Source of the DNA: Podarcis tiliguerta
Lineage: Eukaryota
NCBI GenBank assembly: GCA_965153285.1
Contig: OZ229123.1
Strand: one strand, 5' to 3'
DNA: 64,000 nt
Positions within the stretch are counted from its first letter, which is position 1, and every line of letters starts with the position of its first letter. The translations under genes were made by a program, and so were the position numbers. The notes below the pieces were generated by a model that saw only the letters and a list, made by a program, of their open reading frames with translations, did no database searches and was not told the DNA's origin. Of this stretch, positions 25,006 through 39,188 are shown piece after piece.

Positions 25006-26609
25006 ATTATGCATCCTGATCCCTGTTTTGACCTGAGAAGCTTCATGGTGCCTTGCTCTGATTTTGGTCAAATCTCTCCTCTCCCCTTAGACTAGTGGAG
25101 CTTTTGAAAAGAAGAAGTTGTGAAATTAGTGTCAGCTTTTAACAGCAGAATGTGTGTTCATGAAATTATTTATAAACCATATTTTGGGACATAGCCCACT
25201 CAGCTGTTGTCCAAGTGATGCAATCGGACGAGGTTTATTAATACCAGAACACAAGAAATGTTTCCAAGTACTTTGGTAATAATGGGGTTGGGGGGGGGGA
25301 GGCCTGAATGTGCCTGCTGTGCAGAAGAGCAAACGCTGTGATTGATCTCAATGTAAACAGGGTGATTTTTCTTTCTCCAACATGACATGGAGCCCAACCG
25401 TGTGTGATGGATTCTGTCGCTGCCCCTTCCCAACCATCATTCTCGCTTTTAATCCACTCAGTGCTCTTGTTGGGCTTTTGCCTGCTCCCATTTCATTTCA
25501 CCCCCTCTCCAAACAGGATGCAATAGTTGGTTTATACATGTTCAACAGCAGTAGATAGTTTCCTTTAAGAATTCAGGAAAATATGTGGTGCTCCGGGGGG
25601 CAGGAGGGGGCAGGGGAATAAAAGCTACCTGTAAGAAAGTTTGATTTGCCTTCAAATGAAAGTGGTGATCTGTTGTAAGCGCTTTCAATCCCTAGAATCT
25701 CATATGGTTTCACTCCTCCTCCTAATATGCTAGTCCTTTTTGCAGGAAGCAATCCAGATTTCCTGAACCTTGTCAGAGTAGAGTAGAAAGTGGCCTTTAC
25801 TGGTCATCTCTTGCACGGGGTTTCCTGAGCACCTCTCCTTGGGAAATGGGTACCCAAAGCCTTCTTAGATAGAGTACTGTGAAGGTTAATATCTAATAGA
25901 TTCCTGACTGCTCTGGGGGAGTTTTCAGTGGATAGAGCAGGTAATCTTGTTGAGGCTCTTGTCTCGCTGTGGAATGGCAAAATTCTTAGGGCCATCAGCA
26001 TGATCATTCCTGAGGCTCCGCTCCAGTCCTACAGAGGCCTCGTTGCTCCTTAGTATTCTGAGAAGCTGCAGTTGATGAAACAGACTGGCTGGGGGGATGG
26101 GGACTGGTGGAAAGCACCATTAAAGATAAAATTATCAAACCTAGGAAAGGATCAGAGTTGCTGAAGAAGAATCAATATGGCTTCTGCGAAGGTATGCTCT
26201 GTCTGCCTAACCTTTTAGAGTTCTTTGAGAGTTCCAATAAGCATATGGGTAGGGGTGATCCAGTTGATACTGTGTACTTAGTCTCTTGAAAAGCTTTTGA
26301 CAAAGTAGCTCACCTACTTAGTAAGCTAAGCAGTCATGGAATAAGAGGGAAGGTCCTCCTATGGAGCAGTTACTGGTTAAAGAGCAGAAATTAGAAATAA
26401 ATAAACAATCAAGGGATGTAGAAAGTGAAGTCTGCCAAGGATCAGAATTGAGACCTGTGCTTTTTAAGTTCTTCATAAATAATCTAGAATTAGAAGGGAG
26501 CAATGAGGCTGCCAGGGTTGCTGATGATTCCACATGGTTTAAGGTGGTTAAATTGCAAAAGGAACTCACCAAACTGGATAAATGGTGGTATAATCACAAA
26601 TACAGTTCA

Positions 26610-26838
26610 GGACTTATTTACACTTAACTTTCCTCTGTTCTTTCCAGGCATGATCCACAATTTGAAGCTCTGTGTCCAAGCACCCGAATTGATGTTTGCT
26701 CCGACTGAACACCAAAGATCAGGTTTTTGTGGGGAAAGCTCCAGGGCAAAAAAAAGGAAGAACTGCTCAGACAAGGAGCTTCAAAGTGCAGACCTGTGCC
26801 TGGAAAGAGTGGGGCAAAAGCTAAATGTGGATAAGCGC
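26610..26838. mobile_element. PIF/Harbinger-like foldback MITE nested in CR1
   Basis: 3-bp TSD TCA (26607-26609, 26839-26841); long imperfect inverted arms; removal restores CR1 cagttca-gtgtaagcaag (compare caattcaatgtaagcaa at ~50566). Confidence 0.75.
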
Positions 26839-27013
26839 TCAGTGTAAGCAAGTTTAATGTTATGCATGTTGGGGCAAAAAATCTTAATTCCACATATAGT
26901 CTCATGAGGGCTGGTTAGGCACTGACTGCCCAGGAATGAAACTGTGGGATTGCAGTAGAAATGTGAACCCAGTGTGCAGCAGCTACAAAAAAGATAGATT
27001 CCATGCTGGGGAG

Positions 27014-27017
<4 letters not shown>

Positions 27018-27049
<32 letters not shown>
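27018..27049 (+). repeat. (TG)n microsatellite
   Basis: Direct reading. Confidence 0.97.
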
Positions 27050-27050
<1 letters not shown>

Positions 27051-27230
27051 TGACACTAGAACTGAAGTTCTAGTGAAGCTGACTTTTGAAAGATTCAGGA
27101 AAGACAAACGAAAGTACATATTTACACAGTGCCTAGCTTGACTATTGAATTTGCTGCAGCAATATGTGACTTTGACCACCAACCTACAATGAAATCTTAA
27201 CATGTCTACTTACTTCTAGGTATGTAAGTA

Positions 27231-27471
27231 CAGTGGTACCTCGGTTTAAAAACAGCCCTGTTTACGAACTATTTGGTTTACGAACTCTGCAAAACTGGAA
27301 ATAGTGTCCCAGTTTGTGAACTTTACCTCAGTCTAAGAACGGAAACCGAATGGTGGAAGAGCACCAGTGGTGGGAGGCCTCATTAGGGAAAGCGTGCCTC
27401 GGTTTAAGAATGGTTTCGGTTTAAGAACAGATTTCTGGAATGGATTAAGTTCGTAAACCGAGGTACCACTG
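27231..27471. mobile_element. Tc1/mariner MITE, divergent subfamily
   Basis: CAGTGGTACCTCGGTTTA...TAAACCGAGGTACCACTG TIRs; TA on left, CA on right. Confidence 0.88.
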
Positions 27472-27748
27472 CATAGGGTTGCAGCCTTAGATGACTTTAA
27501 AGGGGGATTAGATAGAGTTATGGCAAATAAGGCCATCATTGGCTAGGAGTCACTATGATGTTGTTCCACTTCCAGGACCAGGACCAGCAGCAACCCTCTG
27601 AAGACCAGATGCTGGGGAGCAACAGCAGGAAAGGGCTGTCACCTGCATGACCTACCTCTGGGCTTCCTATAATGGGCTTCTGGTAGGCCATGGTGAGGAA
27701 TGGGGATGCTGAATTAGCTAGGCCCCCTTTGGTGAGATCCAGCTGCTG

Positions 27749-27993
27749 GAAGAAGAGTTTGGATTTGATATCCCGCTTTATCACTACCCTAAGGAGTCTG
27801 TCTCAAAGCGGCTAACAATCTCCTTTCCCTTCCTCCCCCACAACAAACACTCTGTGAGGTAAATGAGGCTTAGAGACTTCAGATAAATGTAACTAGCCCA
27901 AGGTCACCCAGCAGCTGCATGTGGAGGAGCCGGGAATCAAACCTGGTTCACCAGATTATGAGTCCGCTGCTCTTAACCACTACACCACACTGG
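27749..27993 (-). mobile_element. tRNA-derived SINE (Squam2-like)
   Basis: Homologous to 1813-2062. Confidence 0.85.
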
Positions 27994-29003
27994 ACTCTTC
28001 TTCTAGCCCAATCCAGGAGTACAGCAGAGAACAACATCCAAATTTGGAGTTGGAGGGCTGCTGTTGCAAACACAAGGACAGCCAGGCCACATTTCAGGCT
28101 ACAAGACCCCTTTGCCCTCCCACATTTCATCACAGAAGGCAAAAAAACCAAGGCAAAGCCTTCTCCATTGTGATTATCTGCTCTCTGTCCCACTGATTTA
28201 TTTGGTGTCAACCAGCAGAGAGCTTTTTATATAATGAAACACTGCCTGCATGCCATCTGTCATCCATCACCCAAAGTGGCACGCCATTTAAAAGGTTTTT
28301 GTTGGGGGGGGTGGATGGACGGACAGACAGAGGAGTGGGTGCACCTCCTACTAATCGCCTGATTTCAGGAACTGGGCTGGGCAGAGACCCTGAAATGCAC
28401 ACATGGAATGTGGTAGCTGCAACCGTGAGCCAGTGTGGTAGTGGTGCTCAGTCTTACTATCCCATGGCAGGATTATTCTGCTCACAGCGGTTGCAGCCTG
28501 ATAATTATTATTGATTCACTCTCAGGCTGTCAATCTGGGAACAGCTCTAAAGTAGTCCATGATGGACAGAGAGAGAATTGGACAGCCACCATCCAACGAA
28601 GAAACTTCATCTTGAAAATGAACTTAGATGAGATGGTGCAGGTGGATAAGGGTAATTGATTATTGTTTTAGAGTGGAAGAAGGAGATATTTTTAAAGAAA
28701 TATCTCTTTGGTATCCACCCTAAGAAATCTGCACTACTCATAAGACTGTGCGCAAATGTCATACACTTTTAGAATTCTGTGTAAATGGTTTACTAAGGCT
28801 TAATTTTATCACAGAAATGCAGTTAAGATTCCCTGGTTTGCAGAACACACAAGGCAGTTTCCTCATGGGAGTGATACAAGCTGTTCCAAGCTGCATGACT
28901 TAGTGCCACAAAGAGACTAGCTAGTCCCCTGCACTGTTAGGGACAGTGAGGGGTCAAAGTTGCTAATGCAAGAGAACTTCCTTGTCGTGCCCATGTTATA
29001 AGA

Positions 29004-29149
29004 TGGTGGTTCCCAACCCACCCATGGCACCATTCATATAATGAAAACTACCATAGAGATGTCAAAAATTTCAAAAGTAGGGTTCCATGGGTTGACTTCT
29101 TTTAGGGGGAAGAGGGGGTCCACAGTACTTATCTAACTGGGAACCACTG
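29004..29149. mobile_element. hAT MITE
   Basis: tggtggttccca / tgggaaccactg ends; 8-bp TSD TTATAAGA/TTATAAGG; related half-element at ~11936-12000. Confidence 0.7.
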
Positions 29150-29497
29150 TTATAAGGGATTCTTTGCAAAGTGTTTTAAACCTGATGTTTTGCTGTGTTG
29201 CCTAACATTCTCTGCTCCAGCTGCACAAGCCAGATCCCCAGTGCAAGATGTTTGCCATGGGAAGATGCCTTCCAAAAGAGACACAAAGGTAGAGACACAG
29301 GCAAATGCACATTATTTCTAAAAGGCAGGGCACAAATATGTCCATGAATGAATGACTGGCTGAATATGAAGCCCTGTGAGTGAACAGGCTAACCTCCTTT
29401 GCAGGGTTGTTATTATGAGGATAAAATGGGGCAGCCTCTAGCTCTGCTGTCCTCTGAGTGCCTTTTGCCTTGGTGAACCTCTCCATTTGCTAACATT

Positions 29498-29842
29498 GGG
29501 ACGCGGGTGGCGCTGTGGGTTAAACCACAGAGCCTAGGACTTGCTGATCAGAAGGTCTGCGGTTCGAATCCCTGCGATGTCGCTCTGTCCCTGCTCCTGC
29601 CAACCTAGCAGTTCAAAACCCCGTCAAAGTGCAAGTAGATAAATAGGTACTGTTCCGGCGGGAAGATAAACGGCATTTCTGTGTGCTGCTCTGGTTTGCC
29701 AGAAGTGGCTTAGTCATGCTGGCCACATGACCCGGAAGCTGTACGCCGGCTCCCTCAGCCAATAAAGCGAGATGAGCGCCGCAACCCCAAAGTCGGTCAT
29801 GACTGGACCTAATGGTCAGGGGTCCCTTTACCTTTACTTTAC
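29498..29842 (+). mobile_element. Sauria SINE
   Basis: GGGACGCGGGTGGCGCTGTGGGTTAAACC head, GGTTCGAATCCC B box, cctttacctttac tail. Confidence 0.93.
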
Positions 29843-32647
29843 AAGGGGAGTTTAGTGAGCTGTACTGGGGGACTTGGCTATGCAATCCCATCTGTGTGGC
29901 TCTGCATACAGCATTTAAAAACAAGATGTGATGGCGCTTGTCGTTCATTTCTCTCTAAGTGGAATGCCACATTCAGATTCTTCAAGATTGCAAGATTGCC
30001 TTCCCAAGGTTCCATCATCAAGAATGAAAACCCCTTTTCCTTGGGCTCTTGACTCCTTGTAATCATAAAATGCCTCTTGGAATCTTCAATGGGGTGACAA
30101 TTCACTGAAGATTAATTCTTGTGCAGGAGTCGCTGGGGCTCAAGCCAACTGTTTGATTAGCTGTAAATGACTTGTGTGTTGGTCGAAATGAGTCTCCTCC
30201 TATTATCTCAGAGCCCGTTCCCAGGGCCAGCGCTCCTGCCCCTCCAGATGCAGCTGTTGCTGTATTTGCTTCCCAATTACATTGTGGGTGAACTCAAGAG
30301 AACACAAACCAGCGGAGGAGAAATCTGCTCAGTCTCACCACAATTAGGGCTAATGCTCTGGTTCAGGAAAAGTCAGGCAGACAGGTCACTCGTATTTGAT
30401 TTTTGAGCATGTTATTTAGAATTTGGCCACAGACACAAATCATTGCACACAAATCTGTTCATTTGTTTTTTAAGGGGAAGATCTTCCAGCAGTGGTAGTA
30501 TTGATTTCCCACTATTATGTCTTAAAAACTGATGCGCACACACACACACAGTGTACACACACAGAGAGAGCCTGCAGCACAGAGATCATTTTCTGCTTGG
30601 TCTTTTGCCAGCCACAGGCATTCCTGCCCCTTGCAATTATATTGGAGCGCAGAGGCTGACAGCTCCCTCAATCCACCACATGCTACTTTCTCCTCCTGAA
30701 TTGCATCACGAGGACCTCTTCACTTCCTCACATTCAGGAGGGGGCAAGATGAAGAAGAGCGAGCCAGCACAAGCTCCTTCCCCATCTCTTTATTAAAAAA
30801 ATAAAATAAAAGGAAGGAAAGGGTCCTTTCTTGCAATGCTTGATTCACTTTTGGGATTCTTAACCACAATATGTGATGATGTGTCCCACAGCTTGCATGG
30901 ACTTTTCAAAGCACAAGACAAATTCTTCTAGAACAAACAGAGACATCCTTAGGAGCTTGGAAGCTGGGCCTTCCAGCTTATCACTCGCAGTGCTCAGGCA
31001 ACCAAAAAGCTTTGGAACTCAAGCCGCTTTTCAGAAGTTGCTAACAGATGAAGAATAAGGATTTATTTTAGCATCTAGAGATGTCATGAGAGAGTACTGC
31101 AGATATTAATAATGTGCAGCTTGAAGCAACTGGATGCATAAAAGTGACTCCTTTTGGAATAAAACATTGTCCAGACCCATAAGTATTGTTCAAAACTTTA
31201 CTTGCAGAACTTCCTTGGAAACAGAACAAAAACCATAGTGATACATCAAAAATAGTTGCATACAATATTTTGCGCATGTCCAGCACAGGCTCAGCATCTT
31301 ATAAGAAAAAAACTTTACTTCTTCCAGAAATAAATCTGTGTCTCTTTCCCATTCCATCCTGCCTAAGGCTATGCAGCTCCTGGAGGGCCATTACCACATC
31401 CTTTTGTTGTCTCTGTGGCATCAGAGAAAGACTGACAACTCCCTTAAGGTTGGTGATTTGCAACTGAATGCCTTACTCATGTGATCTAAGGTTAAACACT
31501 CATGTGTCAGAGCAGAGAACATTCTCAGTTAATCATGAACTTGGTTAAAGCTCAGAGAGCTGCCATGGAAAATCCTGAATGTTAGCAATACACATCCAGG
31601 CATTCTCCATTTCAGTGTCAGTTAAACAATTATACTTGACAGAGAGGAGGCAGCATAATCATTTGAAAAGGAAGCTAAAGGGGGGGGGAGGCAGAGTGGT
31701 GGGGAAAGGGGCCACTGTGGGTAAGGCAAGGGAAGTGGGAAGCAGGGAGCCTTTCTTTTTTATATTTAGAGATGGATGCAGAAATGACAGGAAGAGAGGC
31801 AGGACTAACTGCTCCATCCCAGGCTCACCCCGAGGGCCAAAGCATTCCACACAGACCCAACCAGAGGGGCTGTTGTGACATTCCGCTGCACCACAAAGTG
31901 ATTGGACATGCCTGGGCTTGAGGCCTCTGATGCCAAGTACTAAAGAAAGAAACCTGCTCCTTGGCTGTTTCTTTAGGAAAGAGCTTCTGTAGCTGGCACA
32001 GCCCATCTCTGTTGGCACAGAGCCCCCTCCCCCATCAAGGGGAAGGGAACACACAGCCCTTGGCCATTGCACAGGCCAATGTCAGGCATGATTTCCCTTT
32101 CGCCTCGGGTGTGAGAATTGCAAGAGCGCTTTGGATGCCAAGAGGATACTCTGGCACCATGCATTAGAGTATAATGATGCTGTAGTCACGGCAGTTTTTG
32201 TTAACCTTAATGAGCATGTGTAACATCTTTGGGCGAAGGGCATCGCATTACAATGTGTGATGAATTATGCAATAACAGAGTTCAATACACACCCTCTACT
32301 TCTCCCAGATGTTAAACAATGCAGGAAATCAATCCTGAAGTTTAACTGTATTAAAAGGAAGCCAAATATCATTCTCCCCACAGAATGCCTGCAATGTGCT
32401 TGCTTGTTAGGGCAATCCCAAAGTGGCAGCTCTTTGGCTGCAAAGAGGGCGATGGTTGGGGGAGATAACCACAAGCTGTGCCAGTTCACACAGTGAGCCC
32501 TGGGCTCTACAGGGTCCCATAAAAACTGGGCTCAAAAGGCACCCTCCTCCTCCTCAGCGTTCTTTCACGCATGATACGTGGGAGGAGCACTTTCTGCCGC
32601 CACCCCCTATCATACTGCAGCAAAAGGGGACAGGTAAGAGGAGGTAA

Positions 32648-33000
32648 GGGACGCGGGTGGCGCTGTGGGTTAAACCACAGAGCCTAGGACTTGCCGATCA
32701 GAAGGTTGGCAGTTCGAATCCCTGCAACGGGGTGAGCTCCTGTTGCTCAGTCCCTGCTTCTGCAAACCTAGCAACTCGAAAGCACATCAAAGTACAAGTA
32801 GATAAATAGGTACCACTCCTGTGGGAAGATAAACAGCGTTTCCATGCGCTGCTCTGGTTCGCCAGAAGCGGCTTAGTCATGCTGGCCACATGACCCAGAA
32901 GCTGTACGCTGGCTCCCTCGGCCAATAAAGCGAGATGAGCACTGCAACCCCAGAGTCAGTCACAACTGGACCTAAAGGGTCCCTTTACACTTTACCTTTA
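32648..33000 (+). mobile_element. Sauria SINE
   Basis: Full-length; flanking repeat TAAGAGGAG on both sides. Confidence 0.93.
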
Positions 33001-33375
33001 AGAGGAGCTTCATAGGAACCTAATGAGCGCCTGGCTTCTGCAGCTGGATCAGGCCAAAAGGGAGCCCATCTAGTCCAGCATCCTCTTCTCACAACCCCAG
33101 AGGCTGTCAAGGTAGGAGGAAAGAGAAACAGGCAACCCCAGTGCCTCCCCTTGCAGGGAATGTAATGTGCCCACCACATGAAGCAGCAAGCCTTGGCAGG
33201 ACTGAAACTGGTATGTGGAGCAGTCTGTTCTGTTTTCCACATGCAGCTTCTGCAGAGTTATGAAGAGCCTGGTGCATTATCTCAATGAGCTCCCAGGCAG
33301 ATCCCTTTGCAAGCTGCACAAAGATGTACAAGGAACTGAGCAACAGGCCAGACTGCAGGCTAGGAGAAGGAGGTG

Positions 33376-33608
33376 GCCAGTGTGGTGTAGTGGTTAAGAG
33401 CGGTAGTCACGTAATCTGGGTAACCGGGTTCGCGTCTCCGCTCCTCCACATGCAGCTGCTGGGTGACCTTGGGCCAGTCACAGTCTCTCAGCCCCACTCA
33501 CCTCACAGAGTGTTTGTTGTGGGGGAGGAAGGGAAAGGAGAATGTTAGCCGCTTTGAGACTCCTTAAAGGGAGTGAAAGGCGGGATATCAAATCCAAAAT
33601 CCAAACTT
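33376..33608 (+). mobile_element. tRNA-derived SINE (Squam2-like)
   Basis: Reverse complement of 1813-2062; atccaaa tail. Confidence 0.85.
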
Positions 33609-34339
33609 GCTAATATACAGCTGCCACGGCGGAGGGACTGTGAGTGGGTGGAGTGCAAGAGTCTATTATAACCCAATTCCTACACATCCTGCTAACAGAG
33701 GCAGATTTAGGGGAGCACGACTGATTCGGTCGCACAGGGTGGGGAGCCTCGGAGGTGCTACAGCGGGTGCCGCAACTATTATTTAGAATGGAAGGCAAGG
33801 GCCAGGGGCACCAAATTTTGGCAACGCACAGGGTGCCACTGAAATTTGAGACCCCAAGATCTGTCACTGCTGCAAGCCCCTTTCTGCATTTCACTGCTTA
33901 TTGTTCAATTATTTCTAAGCCCCAGCCCATGGTCATAAGAATCTAGAATCTTACTTTTAAAATCATCACCATCCTCTTACTTTTGGAACACACACAGAGG
34001 CTCTCACACTGTCAAATCGTGCTGTGGTTGCGAGAAGTACACACATTTCTCAGTTAAATTCTTCAGCTGTTACAAGAGCAACATTTCCTCTATTGTATTC
34101 ATCAGCCTGTCCTCCAATCACTCTGGATCAGTGAGCCTCAGGTGGCTAATTTGTGGATTAAAAGGAATGGCCCTGGTAGGAAAAGGAAATGCAGTGGAGG
34201 ATGAGAAGCATCTTCTGTGCCGCACTCTGCCATTACACCCGTTGCCAGCACAAAAGGAGGCAGTGGAAAAAACATCAGAGAGGATGTTTTCTTTGTATTG
34301 TGGGAAGGATGGTGGAAGGGCATATTGCCTACTTAGAGC

Positions 34340-35330
34340 ACACTTGGTACAGGAGAAGTGGTCACTCTCTAAAGGAAGCCTTCTTGCTTCTCATAGCTTC
34401 TTTGACTCTGCTCATTAACCACGCTGGCATCCTTTTGGCTCTCATGGTACCTTTCCTGGTCTCTGGGATACACTCCAGTTGAACGTCTAATAATGTGTTT
34501 TTCAAAGCATTTTGTAGAGATTTGACTCTCTTAATTTTGCGTTTCAACTCTCTTTTACCCAACCCCACTCATTTTGGACAAGTTCCTCCTTTTGAAGTCA
34601 AATGTGAGCATGTTGGATTTTCTTAGCAATTGGTTATTAGCAGGGACATTTAATTTAATAGCAGTAAGGTCACTGTTCCCATCTGGTTCATCAGCACTTA
34701 CATCTTGCTCCAGGTCCTGGGTACCAGTCAAGATTAAGTCCAGGGTCACCTGTCAGTTTGAGCACCAACAGATCTAAGGCACAGCCATTTAGGGTATCCA
34801 GATATTTTTCCTCTTCCTTGTAACTGGAATACATATACAGTGGTACCTCGAGTTAAGTACTTAATTCGTTCCAGAGGTCTGTTCTTAACCTGAAACTGTT
34901 CTTAACCTGAAGCACCGCTTTAGCTAATGGGGCCTCCTGCTGCCGCCGCAGCGCCAGAGCACAATTTCTGTTCTCATCCTGAAGCAAAGTTCTTAACCTG
35001 AAGCACTATTTCTGGGCTAGCGGAGTCTGTAACCTGAAGCGTATGTAACCTGAAGCGTATATAACCTGAGGTACCACTGTATAGCCAGTCTGCATGAAGG
35101 GGATTGAAGTGGCTCACTACTACAGCATTTCCCCTTTCATTTTCTTCCTTGATTTCATTCTCCATCTGAAGATCTTCATCAGCATTTTGATCAGGGTGTG
35201 TGTTTGTGATAGCATGTCCCCAGTGCTGAATTTTTCTTGGGGCCTGGTATCACCACCCACAACAACTCTGTGGGAGAGCCTGCCCCTTTGGGGATTTCTT
35301 GCTTGTTGGGCCTGTTTGATGTAGCTCCAG
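34340..35330 (-). mobile_element. CR1 LINE ORF2 (endonuclease region) fragment
   Basis: Minus-strand TLDLILTG, AVVVSHFN, TFDFKRRN and LECIP...MPAWL motifs typical of the CR1 endonuclease/linker; split by MITE. Confidence 0.8.
34838..35079. mobile_element. Tc1/mariner MITE, 242-bp family
   Basis: TIRs and TA TSD. Confidence 0.93.
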
Positions 35331-35506
35331 TTTGCCCTCCCCTCTTCTCTTTTACACTGAATTTAGTGGTCTATGCAGGCAGAGAGATGAGAGGCAATTC
35401 TGCAAGGGGATTTTTTTTTTTTAGATGCAAAACAGTTTAGGATATCAAGTTGTGATTTACTCCACAATCTGCCCTGTGTGTGAATGGGAAGCCTCAATAT
35501 AACAAG

Positions 35507-36127
35507 TGTGGGATGTGAAACACAAGAGCAGGCAAGTACAACATTCCTAGAGTGAACATGTTTACACATGGGGAGGAACGTTTGCCCAGCCAGCAGGTAA
35601 ACTTCCTGTTTCCGTCTGGGCTGGGACAGACTTCCTCTGCATGTGACTAGAGGTGGGCATGGCCTCACCTGTGCAGGTAACGAAAGCATAGGACTGGCCG
35701 CCATCTCTCTCTGTATGACTACTTTCGTCGAAGAAGCAGCATCTGCTTAGCCAAAGATGCTCTCTTGCATCTCTTGCAGCCAAGAGAGGACAAAGGGACT
35801 GTCTCCTTATGAGATAGTTTCCAGGTGAATGTTACGTTTCTAAGCTAAGTCTGCCTTCTGGGATCAGATTGTGAACAGAATGTGAGTGAGTAAACACTTT
35901 TTATACTTTTATAGAAGATTGTGTTGTGTCTTATCTTTTATGAGGGAATAAGGGGGAAATACCAGAACAGTTATTATAGAGGCTGTAGCAAGCCTGAGCA
36001 AATGCATCTGTTGTGTAAGTTTAAAAAGGGGGATGTTAATCTGCTAAATTGTGGAACTTGTTAACACAAGATGGAAAGGATATAATCAAACAATATATCC
36101 TCTCCTGCATCCCTGAAGATTCCCACA
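35507..36127 (+). mobile_element. solo LTR, family A copy 3
   Basis: TGTGGGATG...TTCCCACA; colinear with 16961-17503; TSD degenerate (ACAAG/AGGAG). Confidence 0.85.
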
Positions 36128-36997
36128 AGGAGGAAAAACAAAGACCAGGAGAAACAAACAATACACAGCATGTGTCATAGCATTCCCAGGACATTAACTC
36201 CAAGTTGGCACTGATGGGCCAGGCAGGCTGTTCTGACACCCAGCAGGGCAGCTTGCAAATAATCAGGTGGGTCCTACATTCCTTCCCAGCAGTTTGGAAA
36301 ACATCAGACTTGCTTGGGGAAAACTGAGGATGCAGGAGGACCAATGAGAGCAGGATGGGGGGGCAGTTTAGGATAGGGGGCTTCCTGCTCTTTTGGGGTT
36401 GATGGACACAGGCAGAATTAAGGCAGTGAAATGGCCACATTTAGCACATTATTTGGGGCAGCTGCCTTGTGACAAACCTGTTAAAAGCCCAAAGGATTAC
36501 AAGGCACTATTAATATTTCCTTGGCTTTAAAAACCTCTCTCCTTACGTGGGTCAGCCTGAGGAGGCCAGAGCAGATGGGGCAGGGCTGATTTGCCGGTTT
36601 GATTGTGACTCTACGGAAAAGGAAGCGGAGGGCCAGCCGTGGGCAAGCCCCATCCAGAAGGCACAAATCCTCAGAGGCAAAGGGAGCAGAGGTCATTTGC
36701 TTAAGGTCAGCAGAAGCCTGGAGGGCAAGGGAGGCTGAGGGAGCTGATAGAAGCAGCAGCAGAAGCACCCACAGGCCAAGGAACCACACAGAGGTCAGGC
36801 CATTGTTTTCACCGTGGGCAGAAGGACTCGGCGGGGTGGGGAAGATTGTTCTCGGGAGGGGTTCATGAGAGAAGTGAGAGGGATCGAGACCTGGGTTGTC
36901 CGAAATGACTTTTAATGTTGTGTTTTAAATGGTTGTAACCTGCCCTGGGATCGCAGGGTATAATAATATATATATATATTAGGGCAATATAATTATA

Positions 36998-37239
36998 CAG
37001 TTGTACCTCGGGTTAAGTACTTAATTCGTTCCGGAGGTCCGTTCTTAACCTGAAACTGTTCTTAACCTGAAGCACCACTTTAGCTAATGGGGCCTCCTGC
37101 TGCCGCCACGCTGCCAGAGCCCGATTTCTGTTCTTATCCTGAAGCAAAGTTCTTAACCTGAAGCACTATTTCTAGGTTAGCGGAGTGTGTAACCTGAAGC
37201 GTATGTAACCTGAAGCGTATGTAACCCAAGGTACCACTG
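36998..37239. mobile_element. Tc1/mariner MITE, 242-bp family
   Basis: TIRs and TA TSD in AT-rich target. Confidence 0.93.
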
Positions 37240-39188
37240 TATATTATAATCTAAAATTGAATTATAAACAATAAAATTAAATAATAAAATTATAACTGGG
37301 CAATATAAAAACAGCAATAATTCAGCAGAGCATAAACACATTATGCTTGATCTTGTAGTGACCTAAATACAGGAGTAGACAACCTTTTTGGACCAGAGGG
37401 CATAACTGGAATTTTGAGTGTGTACTGTGAGAACACCGCTCACAAAATGGCTGCCATGAACTGGGGGGTGGGGGTGGCAAAATGGCTGCCATATCTCAAG
37501 GGGCCAAAAAGAGAAAGGACCACAAGACCCTGGTAATAGTGGGGGCATGCCCCTCACCCTCATCAGTTTTCCCATCAAGGGGGTGGGGAGAGCAGCTCCT
37601 TCAGCCACCGCCAGACATGAGCTCTTTGCCCCTCTCCTCTGTAGACAACTACCAAGCCTGGCATCCAGTTAAAAACATGTTTGAAGGGGTCCTGTTCAAC
37701 GTTAGGACAGCATAGCCAGTACAAACAGGAACTGAGCAGGAGGAATAAGCCATCTCTTGTGTACTATGGATTTCTGAGGGGATATTTCTTGACAGCTTTT
37801 GCAGGCATCCTAGAAGGTACTGGCACCTGCAGCCACCACACTGGCAACCCCTCCTTTAAGAGCATTTATGCTGGATCAGACCAAATTATGTCCCACAGGA
37901 TCCAGCCAGATTCTGCTGTGAAGCCCACAAGGAAAGCACAAAGGCAGCAGCCCCCGCCTCACAGAGCCTCTGAAGACCCACATGCTTGTCCCATGAAAGG
38001 TCCCAGGTTCAATCCTGGAAACATCTCCGATGGACAGAGAAGAACTTCCTCTGCCTAGGAAGCACCCTGCAAATCAGAGTGAGTGATCCAAAGGGCTGCA
38101 GAGTTTGGCACAGTCACCTGCCCTCCTGCCATAAGACGCCCCATATGTTAGTAGAAACAGCCCAGCCCCCAGCAGCCATCCAGACTGGCGGCTACCAGTC
38201 ACCCAACTGGCACCAGCTGCCCACTCACCAACATCCTCCAAACGCCCTTTGCTCAAGATGCCCCACAGCGGCCTCAGCTGTCACCGGTGAATGTGACCAA
38301 CAGCAGCACAGGTCACTCCTTCCACCCGCTAAGGAGGGGGAGGGATTTCCCCTGGACAGCTCGCTCCAGAAAAGACCTGGAGATGGTTCTTGCCCCCAAA
38401 TATATGTGCCTGTTTCTTCTCCCCATTTCCCTCTAACCTTATCTGTGCATTCTAGGATCAGGCAGGCATTGTGCTGACTCTGATCAAAGCGATGTGCTGA
38501 AAGGTAGAATTCTGAATGATGTTTTCTGAATTATCCTATGCTCAGAGAGCAAGTATTGATTTTTAAAAATATAACTGGCCTCCCGCAGGGAACAACCTTC
38601 CTGGGTCTCAGCAACCGCAAGGCCATTGAGATAGCATTGTTTCAAAAATCGGAAAGTCATCCATCAGCTCAGTAGTAACTGGGGTGAGCATGTAGTGTTG
38701 AAAGAAACATTTGGCCCAGTTACAACATGCTCCAGTTTAGGCAGCCCCAAGGAACTATGCTGGGCTGCGTAACATGTCCGCCTTGGGAGCTGAGGAGGGC
38801 TGTTGAGGCATTTTTTTCACTGCCTTCTCCAAGCCGATTGTTGAAGTTATAAATTTAATTTCCATAGAATGCTGCTTTCAAACGCATTGTGTTTAAATGG
38901 TTGCAAAAGAAAGCTTGAGACATGTAACCAGTATTTTTCCGTAGGGTGTGTTAAGTCAACTCATGACTCATCTCCTGATTTTGCAAGGAGTTAAACCTTA
39001 AAACAGTGGGGAGAGGTGTAATCTGAGTATGTACCTTGCCAGTGTTTGTATATTTAAATGAGGTTGCTTGCAACCTACCAGCATGCAGAAGAGAGAGAGA
39101 GACAGAGAATGTGATCTTCCAAAACTACATTTTAGTAAAGATGAAGGACATATAAAGCCTGTCCTTTTAAAGAAATAAAAAATGCTTA

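Larger units (their letters stand above)
26100..27745 (+). mobile_element. degraded CR1 LINE (RT domain to 3' tail) with nested inserts
   Basis: NQYGF..CLPNLLEFFE..DPVDTVYL..KAFDKV and ADD motifs; later RFRKDKRKYIFTQ; interrupted by MITEs, (TG)n and a SINE. Confidence 0.88.
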
